Source: Priapulus caudatus (lineage: Eukaryota). Taken from it: a stretch of 64,000 nt of DNA. This document shows positions 53,418-64,000 of the stretch, piece by piece; within the stretch, counting starts at the first letter, position 1, and every line of letters starts with the position of its first letter. Made by a program: the position numbers and the translations under genes. The notes under the pieces are model-generated. The model saw only the letters and a program-made list of their open reading frames with translations. It had not been told where the DNA came from and searched no databases. The stretch lies in contig NW_014577068.1 of NCBI RefSeq assembly GCF_000485595.1, positions 246,626 to 310,625 on the forward strand. The letters are read 5' to 3'.

Positions 53418-53651
53418 GCTGATAGGGTCTATGTCCCCCAGGGTACTGCCGGAACTACCCTGGTACTAAATACTACTATCTAATATGCCGGACCGTACCT
53501 CGTCTACTCCACTAATGAGTCTAGGGAGTCGTCTACGCCTATACTCCCTAACCCTATCAGCTAGATAGTTACCAGGGTATACGTTCCGGTATACCGGACC
53601 GTACCCAGGGTACGTTCCGGCAGTACCCTGGGGGACATAGACCCTATGAGC
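53418..53651. mobile_element. MITE with ~45-bp TIRs and a 9-bp TSD (Mutator-like)
   Basis: GCTGATAGGGTCTATGTCCCCCAGGGTACTGCCGGAAC...GTTCCGGCAGTACCCTGGGGGACATAGACCCTATGAGC, flanked by CATACTTGC at 53409-53417 and 53652-53660. Confidence 0.85.
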
Positions 53652-53982
53652 CATACTTGCCTGGTCAGTATCTACATGGGATGGTTAAAATCAGAATTAG
53701 GGATGTAGGACTGAGTTTAAGATGGGAGTCTTAGAACAACTACTAATCAACCCAACTATACAGCCACGTAACAGTACTACTGGCTTTTTCCATAAATATT
53801 CTCCATGATGATTAAAAGGTTTCCCACATTTATAAGGCCACGGCTCACTGCACAGTGCACACGTACGTGGAGAATAAAAACGCTCTGACAGTTTATATAC
53901 AATGATACATTATATATATGGAGAAATACGCACGTACAGAGGTGGCACCTGGTGTTAGCCATCGAATAAGACCGATAATTAA

Positions 53983-54514
53983 AGTCGCGTTCACACGGTC
54001 ATGATTTGGCTCGAGCCAAATGGGCTAGATTTGGCTCGGGCCGGTTTGAGTCGGCGCGTTCACACGTACGCAAGTGAATACTGTCTGTCAAATTAAAATT
54101 AAAATTAAAATAAATTTTATTGCACAAATATCTCACAGATAAATTGGCAGTATGTCGCGAGATGGCGTTGTTTACTATTTAGAGTGTTTACTTACGTTCC
54201 GAGTTTAATTATCAATCTTTAAAACGTGCATCCTAATCAAATTTTTCGAATTTTTATACTGTTTTGGAACTTTTATACTGTTTTGGAATTTTTATACTGT
54301 TATAAAGTTATACTTTTTATACTGTTTCAACCGATTCTACCTCTCTACCGCTCGCCGAAAGCTGGTGCTAACATTTGGCTCGGGCCTGGTCCGACGTTTT
54401 CGATGGGGCCAAATCTGGCTCGGGCCAAAAACGTCCGTGTGAACGCTCGGCTCGAGCCAAATCTGGCACAGGCCTAATTAGGCTCGGGCCAAAAACGTCC
54501 GTGTGAACGCGTCT
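53983..54514. mobile_element. PIF/Harbinger-like MITE
   Basis: TAA|AGTCGCGTTCACACGG...CCGTGTGAACGCGTCT|TAA with subterminal TTGGCTCGGGCC repeats. Confidence 0.8.
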
Positions 54515-54889
54515 TAAAAATCAATTAAAATTTCGAAAAAAATCCTTGCGTGTATCCTTCAAGGATGCAATTCCTACACAAATAAATTAGCAAGAAAGAT
54601 TGTTTGACATTTGTACAACTTTAATTTGCCAACTAAACCCATAATCAGAATTTTAAACTACAAGATATGAACCGCAGAACATATAATATATTCTAATACC
54701 CATTCACGCATTCATGCAATATATCTGGCTATTCGTGGTATACATGAAACCAAAGCACAGTAACAAAATTAATATGATACAGTCGGTTCCTTCCCATGAT
54801 CACAACATACAACATAAAGCATTTATACAGACTGTGATTATTTACTGTACAAGTGTTAAAACCTACACAATCTGGATGTTATGTTTGGA

Positions 54890-63764
<8,875 letters not shown>

Positions 63765-64000
63765 CTACACAGACTGCTTATTATTCCTCTGCCATGCCGA
63801 TTAGTTACCTATTGCATACTATGTGGCAATTACTTTTAAACCTGCAAATAATGTGAAGGTGCATCAATGGTAATCACAATAATAATAATAATAATTAGAA
63901 GAAAAAGTATCAGAATGTTTAGATTACCACATTGATGACATGTCTTCAGTGCCATGTGCAAAGGTTTATTTATACTGGGTGCACAAACCAATGATGTTAA

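Overview
This is animal (probably invertebrate) nuclear DNA from a draft assembly. It has seven N-gaps, abundant microsatellites and several indel-rich stretches that look like raw long-read gap fill. Three protein-coding genes are supported. (1) SRP54 on the minus strand: 13 GT-AG coding exons at 54890-63743, with the first coding exon beyond the window. (2) A RERG/RASL11/RASL12-family small GTPase on the plus strand. Its clean exons 2-3 (13949-15298) lie before exon 1 (16238-16385), and an error-ridden copy of exons 2-3 lies after it (~34.3-35.6 kb), which is most likely an assembly artefact. (3) Two or three thrombospondin type-1 (TSP1) repeat exons on the minus strand (11548-13004). Mobile DNA includes a decayed R4/Dong-clade non-LTR retrotransposon with a (TAA)n tail, a tRNA-derived SINE, and many non-autonomous DNA transposons (Harbinger-, Kolobok-, hAT- and Mutator-like by terminal repeat and target-site duplication). 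I cannot support a new protein-coding system. The best leads are a dispersed family of very short ATCAGGAG...CTCCTGAT hairpin elements, a 9-bp-TSD MITE family carrying variable (CCCTAA)n telomere-type arrays, a 1.57-kb foldback element with an expanded minisatellite, and one strongly CpG-rich SRP54 exon whose acceptor abuts a MITE.
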